DNA of 64,000 bases, from positions 70,680,001 to 70,744,000 of the forward strand of contig OZ287751.1 in assembly GCA_965649765.1 (NCBI GenBank). The letters run 5' to 3'. Below are positions 23,162 through 36,245 of this stretch, piece by piece. Within the stretch, counting starts at the first letter, position 1. Every line of letters starts with the position of its first letter. The DNA is from Bispira polyomma. Its lineage: Eukaryota. The notes below the pieces were generated by a model. The model saw only the letters and a program-made list of their open reading frames with translations. It ran no database searches and was not told the DNA's origin. A program made the translations under genes and the position numbers.

Positions 23162-25649
23162 TTAAATTGACCAATTAATATTCATGATATCATCATTCAC
23201 ATTTATCCATTGTGGTTCTGCTATGTATTCTCTTAGCCTGTTAGGGCTATCAGTGTACATATGCCATCTGGAGAGGTCAGCCACTGTATTATTTTTTCCT
23301 AAAATATGAATTGTGCTAAAACTGATATCTGCCATTGCCGTTTCCATATAGATGTTTCTGGCCATGGCCCCCAGTGTATGATCTTTTGTTCTGCCTGAGT
23401 TTAATATGGTAACAACAGCTTCATTGTCACAGTGTATTAATAGTCGCTTGTTGCCCCACTGCTTTTTCCAGAGCCTGACTGCCAATAGTATGTTTAGCAT
23501 CTCTAGGTGAGTAATGTGGTAGCTTTCATAGCCCTTGGGGAGTTGTTTTTTTATATACTTGATTGTTACAGCGGCCCACTAGACCTTCTAAACAGGCATC
23601 TAGTTCTATACAATCCGTGATTGGTGTATGATCGAAAAATGCTTTACCATTAAACGAAGGGAGAAATTCACAGAACCAGTTAAGGTCTTGGTGAAATTTA
23701 ACCCCTAGGTTGATTGTGTGTACAGTGTGGGCCGCACGTAATACTTCCAACATTCTGTTGAGAAAAACCCTTGATACTTTGACACATCCAGATATATAGA
23801 GCAATTTGCCTAGAAGTGATTGTAACTCGCGTTTTTTGCAGTTGCTTTTTGCTTTCCAGGATTTACACATTTTTTTGGGGGGAACTGAAACTGTAAAATT
23901 TTCCATATCAATTAGGACACCTAGACAGACTACCTGAGTGCTTGGGCGCACTATTTTCTTTTTGCTAATTTCGAAACCTAGCTCATGGAGAGTATCATGA
24001 AGGAGATCAAAAGAACGTTGTATTTTGGACGGAACACCAAAACCTATGATATCGTCAATATAATTTATGACGTCACAGTCGTGACGTTTCATTATAAAGC
24101 GAACTGCGTCACTGAGAGGCTGGAATATCGCACTACCATGGCGATACCCGAAGGGTAGGCATGTATCGACAAAGTATTGCTCATGTTTGAGACCTAGCAG
24201 ATTGTAGTCTGCAGGGTTGATTTTTACGTGCCTGAAGGCCCTGCTTATGTCTGTTTTGTAGAGCAAGGACCCCCGGCCAAGCTGACGTTTTTTTTGCGTA
24301 ATAGTGTCCACTGTTGGGAGTGTTAACACAAATGGTGTATCTAGGTATTTATCTCTGGCCACGGCCGCGTTTACTGAGTGACCTTGAGGGAAACTCAAAT
24401 CTATTATGACCCTTCTATGGGGTGCGCCTGGCTTTTCACGGGTCATGAACAGTGATACATGTAGATTATCACAAGGGGAGCTGAGTATGGACCCAACATG
24501 GCCCCGAATCTTGATTCTTCTTCCAGATAGGCGTTAATGTCATTAGGGAAATCCCTAGCTGATTTATGGTTTTCTTCCAGGTGGACTAAGGGATTATTTT
24601 TGTCGACGTCCAGCGGGAAGCCATATTTTATGATATTTCAATTGGGTGTCCCAATAGCCCTGTAATTAAAAATCCCATTTATTAGCTTTAAGCTGGGATT
24701 CTACCTGAATTTCTTCCCTCATGAAGTTGGGGATTTTAGAGTTTTTAATTTTTTCGTGCATAGTGAATACTGGCTCAGAACTGATATTTTTGAGATCAAA
24801 CACGGGGACTGTTAAGCCTCCCAAAGGAATAAAGTCAAATTTATCAGGCGTCTGCCTGTCCCAATTTTGGAAACACTTGTTTTGTTTGGCTAATTTTATA
24901 AGTTCCTTGCTTTTAGGCTTTGCATGTAACTCTAAGTCATATTTGTCAATGTTTTGTGTTTCACACTGATCCCCTTGCTGAATAGGTTTTGTAGACTTGT
25001 TATACCTTGCCTTTGTCATTTGGGTTGTGCCATTAGTGTGTTTAACTTGGGTGTCACTTGAGGGATTACTTTGTTCCTCTTTGTGTGTTTCCCCATCCCC
25101 CTCAGTGAGTGTTAGTAGGGGGGCAAATCTATTGTGGTCTCGACTGATGTTATTACCCCAATTAGTGCCAACACCTCCCAATTGTGGGAGTTGGAAAGTG
25201 CGACTTTCTGAACTATGGGTTTTGGTAAACAACCTTGAGGACTTTGTATTACAAAGGGAGGGGGGGAAGGGTGTTTTGTTGACACTTCGTTCTCTCTGGT
25301 GGGAGCTTGTTAAGCCCCCAATTGTATGAACTGGTGGCACGTCAATTGCTGAAATAATCGTATGTACATTTGATTCCACACTTTTTGGTTTGAATTTTTG
25401 ACGACCATACATTTTATGTCTTTTTACACTGCTCTGCAGATTCTTAACATTTATGTGGGGTGAGCGATAGTTGGAGGTACTGGGTGGTTTGTTTTCTCCT
25501 TTAAATGTTTTACCTTTAACTGAATTGACACCCTTTAAGACCGCTTGAGCATAGCTTTTTATTTTTATTTTAAACCAGTCCGCTCTCCAATTTTTGCTCT
25601 CGTTATTTACACACATGTTACTTTTGACTACTCTACTGGCCCTATACAT
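23162..25649 (-). pseudogene. pol: Pol (long disordered N-terminal extension, RT, RNase H), copy 1
   Basis: RVIIDLS, DISRAFRH, LPFG, YIDD, ELDACL, HCDNEAVV, NTVADLSR. Confidence 0.92.
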
Positions 25650-25677
25650 GACATTTGTGTTAACACTTTCTATGTTT

Positions 25678-26400
25678 TTAAACTTTTAACATTACATTTA
25701 CTGTCAGGACCTGAAAATCTACTTTTGGGCACTGCAAAACTGCAGTGCCCTTTTCGTTTTTTGCACTGCTGTTTTTTCTACAGTCTTTAGCCGAGTGTGG
25801 GAAAGAGCGACCTGTAGTGAAGCAATTGGCACACACATGTGTGTATAATTGCCCTTTGTTTTCATGGTCTCCTTTTTGGGGACAAGTGCCCGTCTGAAAA
25901 AATTTCTCACTACTATTCTTGGTTGAGCCCACGGACCCAGTTTGACCCACTAAAATTTTCTGGGCATGTGCCCTTCTAACACGATCAATTTTTGCAGTAT
26001 CTGCCCAAGTTATTTTTCCCTCTTCCATTTTACATGTTAATACGGCATGACTTCCCTTAGCTGCTGACCAAGAGAAATCGTGAGAATCCTCCATTAGCTC
26101 TGACATGTATTCGAGCATTTGGTTTTTTGTTTCTAAATTTGCTTCTTCTTTAATCATGGCACTAAAACCTGCGACCCATTGGGCCATTGATATTGAGTCA
26201 TATGACAAGTGAGACTTATTGTTACCCCCTAAAATACCTGCTTTTTAACCCAAATAGTATCTGAACCGCCATGTTGTGAGCGGAACGTACCTGATTCGTT
26301 AACTTGTTGTACTACCTGAGTTTGTACTGTTCACCATGGAAATACTGTTCGTTTCCTTTATCAGGACTTTGCATTTATCATTTATAGGCTTTTGGTGATT
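25678..26400 (-). pseudogene. gag: Gag-like protein with C-terminal Cys/His knuckle, copy 1 (5' part deleted or decayed)
   Basis: YDSISMAQWVAGF, LMEDSHDFSW, IDRVRRAHAQ and C.....H......H.C..C motifs shared with copy 2. Confidence 0.8.
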
Positions 26401-27149
26401 TCCACCACACGCCTCACAATCGTAAGTTTTTGTGGCAGCCATAACACTGCAGACATAGAATAAGGCTGTTTTGATACGTGTGACTATTGGTAAGAGGTAA
26501 TTTGTCAGAATTTTGAATAAACGTTTGATATAAGTTAGAATGAATGGCCTGGTAACTTTCCTCTACTTTTGCTCCAACAAGTGGAGCCAATGATCGCAAG
26601 ACTCAAAACAGAGTAATAAGACACAGGAGCGCTGCTACACTGGATTCATAAGCACAATCGTCCCAATTCAATGAGAATTCAGGTCAATTGGTCAAGGGAT
26701 ACATGCTAGTATACTTGTTGAAGCACTGACCTTGGTAGCCCCTTCCCGCTACCTTGCAGTTTCTCTAATATACAAATGGTATAGCATATCAGATATATTG
26801 TAATATAATATTTCACTTATAGGCATTCATCTCTTAATGATAAGAAGATGTTAATTTATATTAACAGAAACTATCATAAGGATAATCTTTGTGATTAATC
26901 GATTACCCAATGACAACGTCAGTGATAATTGTTATACACTAGTATGAAGTTTGTCAATAATTTTCATGTTACCTGTTTGCTTGAACCTTGTGACACCTTT
27001 TGTTTAAAACAGAAGTTTCTTTTCAAAGGAGTCCCTGTTCATTTATATCAATAGAAACTATTAAAAGGATATGTAAAAATATTTACAGGCATGTAAGCTT
27101 GAACTGTCTTTTGTTAGTTAGTATCAAATATCTGCCTGCATAAAGCCTT

Positions 27150-28130
27150 GTGGCAGTAATTTGATACTAGTGTTTAACATGACACATAGGCTCAAGTAGT
27201 TCTGGGTAAAAAATCCATCTATTTATTTGATGATTCTGTAAACAAAATGCTCATTATTTAGATGTCACTGTAACAAATACAATCTATCCATCTATATGGT
27301 ACTACAATGTCACCAGTTCCAGTGAGTCTTGTAATCTGTGAAAAACAACAGTTTTCTGTGAATCTAATAAACAAAGTAGTGTTCAAAGTGCCATATGAGC
27401 CCAAGTAAAAATTGTTTATTTTTTTGCATGTCACAGTAATAATTAAAATTTGTCTATGTAAATAGGTAATATAATATAATGTCTTGGGAAAAATTCTAGA
27501 GGGATTTTAGATCTGTAAAAAAACTGTTAAATCAATGATTAGGCTAGATAAATCTATTTGTTTGATTAATTATTTACATGGATTTACATAAAATCTATAT
27601 ATCTATAAGATAGTATTGTTAATTATTTACACATCACAAAATGTGCAATACATAGTCTCTGGACAGGTTCTAGTGAGCTTATTTTGTATCTGTAAAAATA
27701 AAATAAGTCAGAGTGACACAGACAGTTGCCACCTTTGATCCCACACCACATGAGTACATTAAATAATTGAGGTAATACCATCATCCAACCTACAACTCTT
27801 TTGGGATCTTTAAATGTCAGTATGTCAGTCTTTATGTCTCTGACTAGCACATTACATTCAGACACAACTGGTGGGTTTTTTGGGGGGCACTTAATTACTC
27901 TGTGATGAATGAATGTTACATGCTTTATTTATACATGTGTCTTAATGCANNNNNNNNNNNNNNNNNNNNNNNNNNNNNNNNNNNNNNNNNNNNNNNNNNN
28001 NNNNNNNNNNNNNNNNNNNNNNNNNNNNNNNNNNNNNNNNNNNNNNNNNNNNNNNNNNNNNNNNNNNNNNNNNNNNNNNNNNNNNNNNNNNNNNNAATTG
28101 ACTTTTTGGGGTTACAGCCAATGGGAAAGA
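27150..28130. repeat. Dispersed non-coding repeat A; inverted copies at about 52335-53170, 61780-62290 and 62900-63290
   Basis: Shared blocks such as GGGATCTTTAAATGTCAGTATGTCAGTCTT in all copies. Confidence 0.88.
27950..28095. other. Assembly gap (N run)
   Basis: Run of n bases. Confidence 1.
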
Positions 28131-28509
28131 CAAATGAGAGATAATGTAGCAAAATTTTACAAGGGTTCAGTTCACAATAAGGTTGGTTTAAGCTTTTTCT
28201 TATCAATTTGTAGTATCAGCCTGTATCAAACTTGTGTGGTTTTTTTTAATAATTCAAAGAAGTATGTGCTTTTAATTTTAACTGTACGTAATTTTCTTTG
28301 TAGATTAAACAAGAATTTGGGGAAATCTAGCACAATTTTGGTGACAGTTTGACTAGAAAATTTATATATATTTTGAAGATATTTAAATATATTTCTGCTT
28401 AATGTGTGCCTGGTATGTTACAGCCAAATCGGAGTAATGTATTCCAGACAATCATTTCAAATCCAAATTCAAAAAGCTTTGTCAGCTATTCCATAGGTTC
28501 CTATTGTGG

Positions 28510-28625
28510 TGGGCTGACGCCTCGGCATCAGCCCCCTCAGTTCTGGTACCAGGCTATTGGGGGCCAATTAGGCCACCTGGGGTCACGAGGACAAGTATAA
28601 AAGGCTTTGGCGCCCAACCAGCACC
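28510..28625 (+). promoter_or_regulatory. Putative internal Pol II promoter of copy 2
   Basis: GC-rich block followed by TATAAAA at 28596-28602 upstream of gag; block conserved in copy 4 at 58736-58850. Confidence 0.5.
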
Positions 28626-28729
28626 ATCATTATATTTTAAGAATTCATACAATAAGAGTGTGTAACAACTGGGGCTTTACTACCCTATTTTATGTTTTCA
28701 TACCTCTTTTAATTTGTTAATGTGTGATC

Positions 28730-29733
28730 ATGCCTTCTAAAAAGGAGTTTCATTGTAGTAGTTGCTCAGGAAAGCATGAACGATCTGTAGGAAAGAGATG
28801 TCGATTCAATCTTGATGCCAGTGTCGCCGATGATGTGCCCACCGTTGGTCTTGCTTCTGAGGTAATTACTGATTCCGTCTCTGAACAAATTCTACAGCAA
28901 TTACGGTCACTCAACAAGAAAATGGAAAGTATGGACCAACTTGTGCAGGTGACAGAGGCGGCGCTGTGCACACCCAGCGCCCATAAGGCATGTAGTACTT
29001 CTAATGTTAATACTAATGTTAGCAGCAGTGTTGCCAGTAATGTAGTCAATTCAGTAGAGGCGGTAGTACCTTCCTTAGATTTCCTACGATCAAACGAAAG
29101 TTTACAGTCCCAAGTCGACCAACGACTGCTGCAGTTACAGCAGCTTAATGAGCTCACTAGAGGTAAACTCAAATCCCAAAGAGGTGGTACTGAGGCCCCT
29201 ATTAAAAGAAGTGTGGACTGGCCACAAAATTTTGTATTGTCGGGGGTTAAGAAGGTACGTCCTACATATGACGACCTGTCTCTAGTGCAGTTTACTTCTG
29301 GGTTTATAAGGTGTGTACAAGAGCAAAAGGTTCCCAAGGTCAGGAAAGCCATGTTAGAGTATTTGGCCAATTTAATGGATGACGCCCACGATTTCTCGTG
29401 GGATGCAGCTAAGGCATCTCATGCTATCCTGTTAACAAATATGGAACTAGACCACCTTAAGTGGACTGACACGGACAAGGTTGACCGTATACGCCGGGCT
29501 CATGCCCAACGCCGTGTTTCTCATAGTTCAAATGGAGCCAGTGCTTCCAAGGCCAGTTCTGGTAGTAAAATTAAATCAAAAACAAAAACCTCAGGGGTAA
29601 ACTGTCGGAGGGTAACTGTAAGTTCAATGCTAGCCACCGAACCTCAGGACAGTGGTTTAAGCACTGCTGTGAAACATGTGAGGGTCCTCACCAGACTAAG
29701 TTGTGTACAAAAAAGGGTATAGCAAAAAAATAG
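28730..29733 (+). pseudogene. gag: Gag-like protein, copy 2 (frameshift near the C-terminus)
   Basis: N-terminal C..C...H......C, KSQRGG, WPQNFV, YDDLSLVQF, LMDDAHDFSW, VDRIRRAHAQ. Confidence 0.85.
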
Positions 29734-29809
29734 GGAGCCACTACAGTAATGCAGTGGATAAGCCAGTGTTTCAAAGACTGTATATAACTAAGAGTTCAAA
29801 GATTTTAAA

Positions 29810-32060
29810 TTGTGTGATAAAATGTATTTTAAACAGTATATATGTTTTAACAGAAATGTGAAAAGGTCTTATAAAGACATGGTTGTGAAAGGGAAACTTT
29901 GTGTTCCCAGAGGTCTCGAGAAAGGCTCAGTGGTGGGCGAAATTGGGGGGAACAGTGTAGTAAAAAATTGGTTGGTTACAAACACAAAAAGAATCTGCAC
30001 TAAAGTGAGGGACGTTACATTTGGCAAGGGGTTTAACAACAAGCATGTAAACAAAACTGTGCAGTCCCCCAAACAGTCCGTCAGCAAGCAAAAAACTCAC
30101 CAGAACAAAAGAAATAGTATTGATTGTCAACGGGGTGTCAAAAACAAATCAATGAGTGTAGAGAAACCTCTCGGTGTGGATACTTCATTGTCCCCCTCCA
30201 AGGGTTTTTTTGCCTCGAGTGAAAACAATGGCAGTGGGTGTCAGGTTTTCCAATTACCCCTCCACAATAGATTTGCTGTGTTAAACACACCCGACGAGGA
30301 CGTGGTGGGTGTTGCTGACACGGGCTATTGTGTGGGGGCTCCCCCACGTGTAAAGACTTGTACAAAAACACCTAAACAAACAGAGTTAAATAATTCTGAT
30401 GACAAGTATGCATTGGCAGTTCAAAGATCTTCTGATGAAAGATGACGTCTTAAGGATGCCAACCAATGTGACACTTATAAATTGTGGGATATACAAAACA
30501 GTGGGAAGTTTGGCTTTATCCCCCTCGAGTCTTGAGGAAAACCTATAATAGACAAATCAAATAACCTACTACCAATAGATGTGTTTACACTTCACAAGCA
30601 TCTTAAACTGGATGGGCGCCCTAATTATAGTGGACTTCAGGTCCCTGTGGCTTCTCAACTTAATGCCTCCATGTGGGCTGAGTATTTGAGGGGCTACTGG
30701 GACTGGAAACTCCCCCTGCTTGTAAAATATAGGTTTCCACTAGATTGTGTGAATGATCACGAGTTTAAGTCAGAACTTAATCACACCTCAGCTATTCAGT
30801 ATCCGACTCACGTAAAACAATATTTAGAAGAAGAATGTCAGTTGGGTGCCATGTACGGGCCCTTTGAGGTGCCACCAATTTTAAAATTGCATACCTCCCC
30901 CTTCATGACCAGGGAAAAATCAAGCTCAGTTAACCGTCGAGTGATCATTGATCTCAGCTGGCCTAAAGACCATTCAGTTAATGCAGCTGTGTGTCCCACT
31001 TCTTATTTAAACAAAGAATTCATGCTAACTTACCCGTCAATAGACACTATAACTTCACAAGTTATTAAAATGGGCAAAGGTTCACTGATTTTTAAAGCTG
31101 ACATCAGTTGCGTCTTTAGGCATGTGCCTATGGATCCAAAAGAACTGAACTTGTTGGGGTTGTATTGGGATGGTTACAATGTGGACGGTTCGCTGCCCTT
31201 CGGGTACAAGCATGGCTCGGCCATATTCCAAAGGTTATCGGATGGTAGCAGATATATAATGCACAAGGAAGGCTACCATATTACGAATTATATAGACGAC
31301 CTCCTTTGTAGCTTGATTCCGTCGAAAATATACCATACCTATCGCCGGCTTCAAGCCCTATTGGCTGAACTAGGTTTGACCTTGAGTGACAAAAAATTGG
31401 TCCCTCCAGTGACCCGGGTAACTTGTCTCGGTATCGTTATAGACAAGGTCGATTTCACCACCTCCATCCCAGATGAAAAATTACAAAATATCCAAGCCAT
31501 GTGCGACAATTTGGCTGGCAAAAAATACTGCACAAAAAGGGAACTCCAGTGTCTACTGGGTTCGCTCCTTTATGTATCTAAATGTGTCAAGTACTCAAGA
31601 TTTTTCTTGAATAGAATGCTTCACCTCCTCAGAAGTAATCATAAGAGCAAACATTTCAAAATTACTCCGGATTTCTATGAAGATTTGACGTGGTTCAGAA
31701 CTTTTTTTGAAACAATTCAATGGTGTCTCTTTTTTCCACCATAATCCCACAACTGCCCTCATAGAACTGGACGCTTGTCTGACAGGTATGGGGGAGGGGT
31801 CTATGGACAAAATGTGTACACTTTGCCTATACCTGCTCGATTACAGCATCAAAATATCGCTTCTTTGGAGATGTTAAACATTTTTGTGGCAATGAAATTA
31901 TGGGGTGACCCGTGGCAGGGTCAGAAGGTCCTCATAAAATGCGACAATCAAGCTGTGGTCAGTGTCCTTACCAATGGCAGGACATAGTGTCCTTGCCCTG
32001 TATTCACGTAACATATTTATGCTAGCTAGCCATTTTGATGTAGAACTAAAAGTTATTCAC
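29810..32060 (+). pseudogene. pol: Pol (N-terminal extension, RT, truncated RNase H), copy 2
   Basis: SPFMTREK, RVIIDLSWP, LPFG, YIDDLL, ELDACL, KCDNQAVV. Confidence 0.92.
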
Positions 32061-32993
32061 AGTAGGTCCACTGCTAGATCTTACAGAGCTATGTACAGAG
32101 TGTATCTGGCTTATGCTGCCTTCATGGATCGGCCTATAAATCAGGTGACTGTGTCTGATCTTCTATGTTTTTTGGAAGTTTTACAATTTTACTCAAATGT
32201 CAAACCTGCACACATGGCTAACTATTTGTCTGATATCAGAGCCGAATCCATTGTGCATAATGTTCAAATACAGGCTTTCAGTGACCATCGTCTTGCCTAT
32301 TACCAAAAGGCTGTGCAAATGGCTGCCCCTCTCAATGTTAAACTAAAAAAGGTAATAGATATCCCCACTCTGCAAAACATTGTAACAGTTTTGAATACAA
32401 CTTACATGGGGCTTGTTTTTAATGCAGTCTATCTGCTCAGTTATTTTTCATTTCTCAGGCTATCCAATCGTGTACCACATTCAGCTGCTCAATTCTCTGC
32501 TCTAAAGCATTTAGCTAGGGCAGATGTCATGACCCATCCGGATAAAGCCGTTCTGTTGATTAAGTGGTCAAAAACAATGCAAAACAACAAGCAGATCAAA
32601 CTTTTGACCATCCCTCATTTACCGGGCTCACCATTATGCCCTGTGGGGTCACTGGAGGCCATTCTGGCCCTCACTCCATCAGGGCCTAACTCACCGTTGT
32701 TTCAAATTAAAGTCAATCACAAATGGGTGCTTCTAACTGACACCAGAGTGCGTCTCCACCTTAAAGATGTATTACTTAGACTAAAGTTGGAAAACTCTGT
32801 GCTTACCTTCCACGCTTTCCGTTGTTCAGGTGCCACTTTTGCTTTTAATCATAACGTTAGCATACAAAATATACAAAATCATGGCACCTGGACTTCGGAC
32901 TGCGTGTGGAGGTATGTCACAGATACTGTTGATGCTGGCCACCAAGTGGCTGATTCCTTTAGGCGTCATCTATCTGCATCTGTCATTTCCTAA
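32061..32993 (+). pseudogene. Tyrosine recombinase, copy 2 (N-terminus deleted)
   Basis: FLRLSN, KWSKT, FHAFRCSGAT, HGTWTSDCVWRY. Confidence 0.9.
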
Positions 32994-33179
32994 CCCCTAC
33001 TATTTTGGGGTTTGGCTGATTCTAATCAATTACTAGCTTTACTACATCTTTTTTTAGTCATTCTGTTAGACAGTTACATAATAGTACCTGTAAGTAATAG
33101 TAGTGTGACGTTTCCATTACAACTTCTTAATTCAAATTAGCAACTTATGCTTTTACTTTTAATTGCTATACTGTAATTA

Positions 33180-33430
33180 CTTTAACTTATGATAAACTGT
33201 GTTTATTATACTGAAACTAGTTAGTAATGTCTTATTAGACGTTACAGTACAGTAACGACTTGAAAGTAAATTTAACTATAGTTTAACTTATCATAAACTG
33301 TGTTTACTGTAATTAGTCAGTAATATACTCTTAAACGTTACAGTACAGTAACAACTTCAAAGTAAATTTAACTATATTAAACATTACAGTACAGTAACAA
33401 CTTCAAAGTAAATTTAGCTATATTAAACTT
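33180..33430. repeat. Tandem repeat downstream of copy 2 YR
   Basis: Three copies of TTACAGTACAGTAAC.ACTT.AAAGTAAATTTA.CTATA. Confidence 0.85.
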
Positions 33431-33739
33431 TGGATTTAAGGTCACCTTTGCTCATGCAACTGCCAAGGGCTGAGTAAATTTTACAACCTGGATTGTAAAT
33501 TCTTGTTCTAAGGTGACCTTACTAAAATTTATCTTTAATGCTAAATAAAACATTTATCACTTTAAGGTGGCCTTTAAGTCACCAATCATTTGGTAATTTA
33601 ATTTAATTACAGTGACCTTAAGTCAGGTTGTACATAGTAGTAGTAGTCTAACACTTAGTTTTAAAAAAAAATGTTGTACCGCATTCTGTCGTATGTTTAC
33701 CTTGTCTTCTTGACCTCTGGGCCTGTTACTGAGGAAATG

Positions 33740-35460
33740 ATATATAAACTCTGCACAAAAAGTCCTGCCCATATCTATTTTCAACACAATTTTATAGCTA
33801 CACTAGACGTCTTAGATGCCACAGTTCTGAAAAACAAAAGTAGGTAGGTGGTTTACAAGCACTGTTTTGTTCCACCATTGGATTTTGTCATCGTGATAAG
33901 ACCTAAGCTGTTAAAAGCCACTTAAAATTCAAATAAAATTCAAATTCTAAAAATTCTAAAGATACTGGATTAGCCCTTCTAACCAGATCGGGTAAAAACA
34001 TAACCACCAAGATTTTTTTTTAATTTACAGATTCGTGTGCAACAAAAATGATTTCTTTATGCAAAGCTTTTACTGCATTGCACAGATTTGTAGAAATTTT
34101 CCCAGATTCGCTATAATTATGGAAGGCATTATAATCGGATTAAATAAAATTGCATATTAAACAATAAGGGTCTTAATAGAACACTAAGCTTTGGCTGGAA
34201 TTACTCAAAACAATTGACATAAATTTTGTATGCGTTACAAAAAACATTCGGCTTAAATCAACCCAAACCTACTAAATTACTGCCTAAGTAGTACATTTAT
34301 AAATCTAACCTCATCTTCCAGTCCATAAAGAAGTCCCTGACATGTCTTTACAGGGGCACTGTGTAAAGCGATACCATCACCTGTTAGTCACAACAAAGCC
34401 AGCAAATAGACCAGTTTCCGGGGGTTGTTCCACAATCTACTTTTAAACAATATAAATATTCTCTTCCTTTGCAAAAATGGATTATGTAAGGCTGAATCTA
34501 TGCAAAGGAAAATGAAAAAAAGTAAGCAAACTCTTTGGAAACACAATCATTTCAAAAGGTGGAAGAAAAAAAAATATTTTGGAAAAGGATATTTTTTTAA
34601 TGTAAATGTGGTTCCAAACAATACAACTGCAGCTGCAAATGATATTGAGTAAAATGGTGTAAACTTTTTGTTTTGTTACCTGTCTGCATAATAAAAATGG
34701 GAAATTGCACTATTTTGGGTATATCAGCCAGACAATTTAGCAGACTGAATCGATGTCACCATCTAAATTGGGCTAACACCTGTTGATTTTGTGTTTCTGA
34801 GATTGTCATTTAAAATAACAGTTTTAATGTCAGTCCTAGGTTGAAGAAAAAATTAGATTACTGATAGACATTTCCATATTTTGTGTATGAATTTATTATG
34901 AGTATTTATTTGTATGAATTGTGTAATTTACAAATTTGAATGCCTTACAGCTATCACTATGTGCCAAATATCTAGCTGACAGATTAATTTCACAGATTTC
35001 ACAACAACTTAACTAGATTTGTGTCTGTTCTAATATAATTCACCTCTAAAGACAGTGGGATAGAATACAACTACTTTCTTTGAGTGGCAAGGTTCGGCAA
35101 TGGGCTAACACCTGGACCCCAACTCAATTAAACTGTCCTTGTTAAAGAAAGAGTAACAACCATCAAGACATGAAGTCAATTTGCCTCTGGATCGCCATAT
35201 TAGATCACAAATTATTTGCTGAATTTTCTTATTTGCCTCTTCAAATGAATGTCTCTTAAAGATTTTCCATTTGACTTATTTTAAAATCTCTTTTAAAAGA
35301 TTATTTAACATTCCTTCTTCCATTCTTTGACATTAAAAAAACTTTTATTTCTAAAGATCTGTGATTCCATAAATATCACAGGCTACAAGCTACTCTGGCA
35401 GCTTTGTCATTAATCCTAGTTAATGGTTTAAGTTCCTAAGGGTTAATGTAGTGTGTGAAA
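33740..35460. repeat. Dispersed non-coding repeat B; inverted copy at about 59455-61400
   Basis: Colinear reverse-complement blocks, e.g. AGTCCCTGACATGTCTTTACAGGGGCACTGTGTAAAG vs about 60647-60685. Confidence 0.88.
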
Positions 35461-36245
35461 GAGTTATTTAGTTTTTTGTCTTTTACCGTCAAATGTGGTA
35501 AAATAAAATAAATAAGACAAGGCAATAAATAAGTACAATACTGCAACCTACTGTATGATCCCTTAAGTGACTGTCACACATACACAATCTTATCTCCCGA
35601 CCGCTTCCGATTGGACAATTGGTAGACATCGGGAGAACAATCAGGACACTCGGGGAGTTGTTTCTACTTATCAGGGTCAATTGGGACACTCGCGATCACT
35701 CGTGTAAAATAACTAATATGCTAGAGAACCTCAGCAATTGGATGCTCTGTGGCCAATAAATCGGGCTTGATTGGGGTCAATCGTAAGCTGCTAACAAGTT
35801 ATCTTAACCTTATAACGACCTATCATTCCGATCGTCATCTAAATCGGGGAAAAATATTGCCATTTTGGAAAGGATTATTCACCCAAATCCCTCCCAATTG
35901 GTCGGAACCATTACCAGTTATCGTCTACTTCTTCTAAGTTATTCTGCCAAATGTTAAGGACAGGTCTTTAGAAATGCCCCGAGTGTAAAGATAACTCTGA
36001 ACAAGCAGCGGGTAAATTGAAAAGAAGCCCCGACTGCACAGATACCTTGGGAAGAATAACGATAGGTGGGGGAGCAACAAAAGATAACTCGAGGGCAAAT
36101 GGGGGGCGGAGCTGACTGTATAAAAGGATGACGGCACTCTCGATTTTTATCAGATTCATTCAAGCTGTCACCGAGTCAACATCTACTTGTAATTTTTAAT
36201 ATAGAGGAATATAACAGGCTAGTTTTTCCTATAAAGTCATCCAAC

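Larger units (their letters stand above)
21727..26770 (-). mobile_element. Tyrosine-recombinase retrotransposon (DIRS/Ngaro-like) copy 1, decayed; ends approximate
   Basis: gag, RT, RNase H and YR in that order on the minus strand. Confidence 0.9.
28500..33650 (+). mobile_element. Tyrosine-recombinase retrotransposon copy 2, decayed; ends approximate
   Basis: gag 28730-29733, pol 29810-32060, YR to 32993. Confidence 0.92.

Noticed and set aside
27902-28352. ORFs spanning the N run
   Set aside because: Artefacts of the assembly gap
28750-29370. 206-aa antisense ORF and similar antisense ORFs (22190-22537, 47948-48250, 63611-63985)
   Set aside because: Shadow frames opposite genuine retroelement genes, with no independent motifs
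31962-32993. Natural RNase H-recombinase fusion ORF
   Set aside because: Comparison with copies 1 and 3 shows the RNase H end and YR start are missing at about 32060; an in-frame deletion explains it
33180-33430. Possible CRISPR array
   Set aside because: Simple tandem duplication; the intervening sequence is itself repeated
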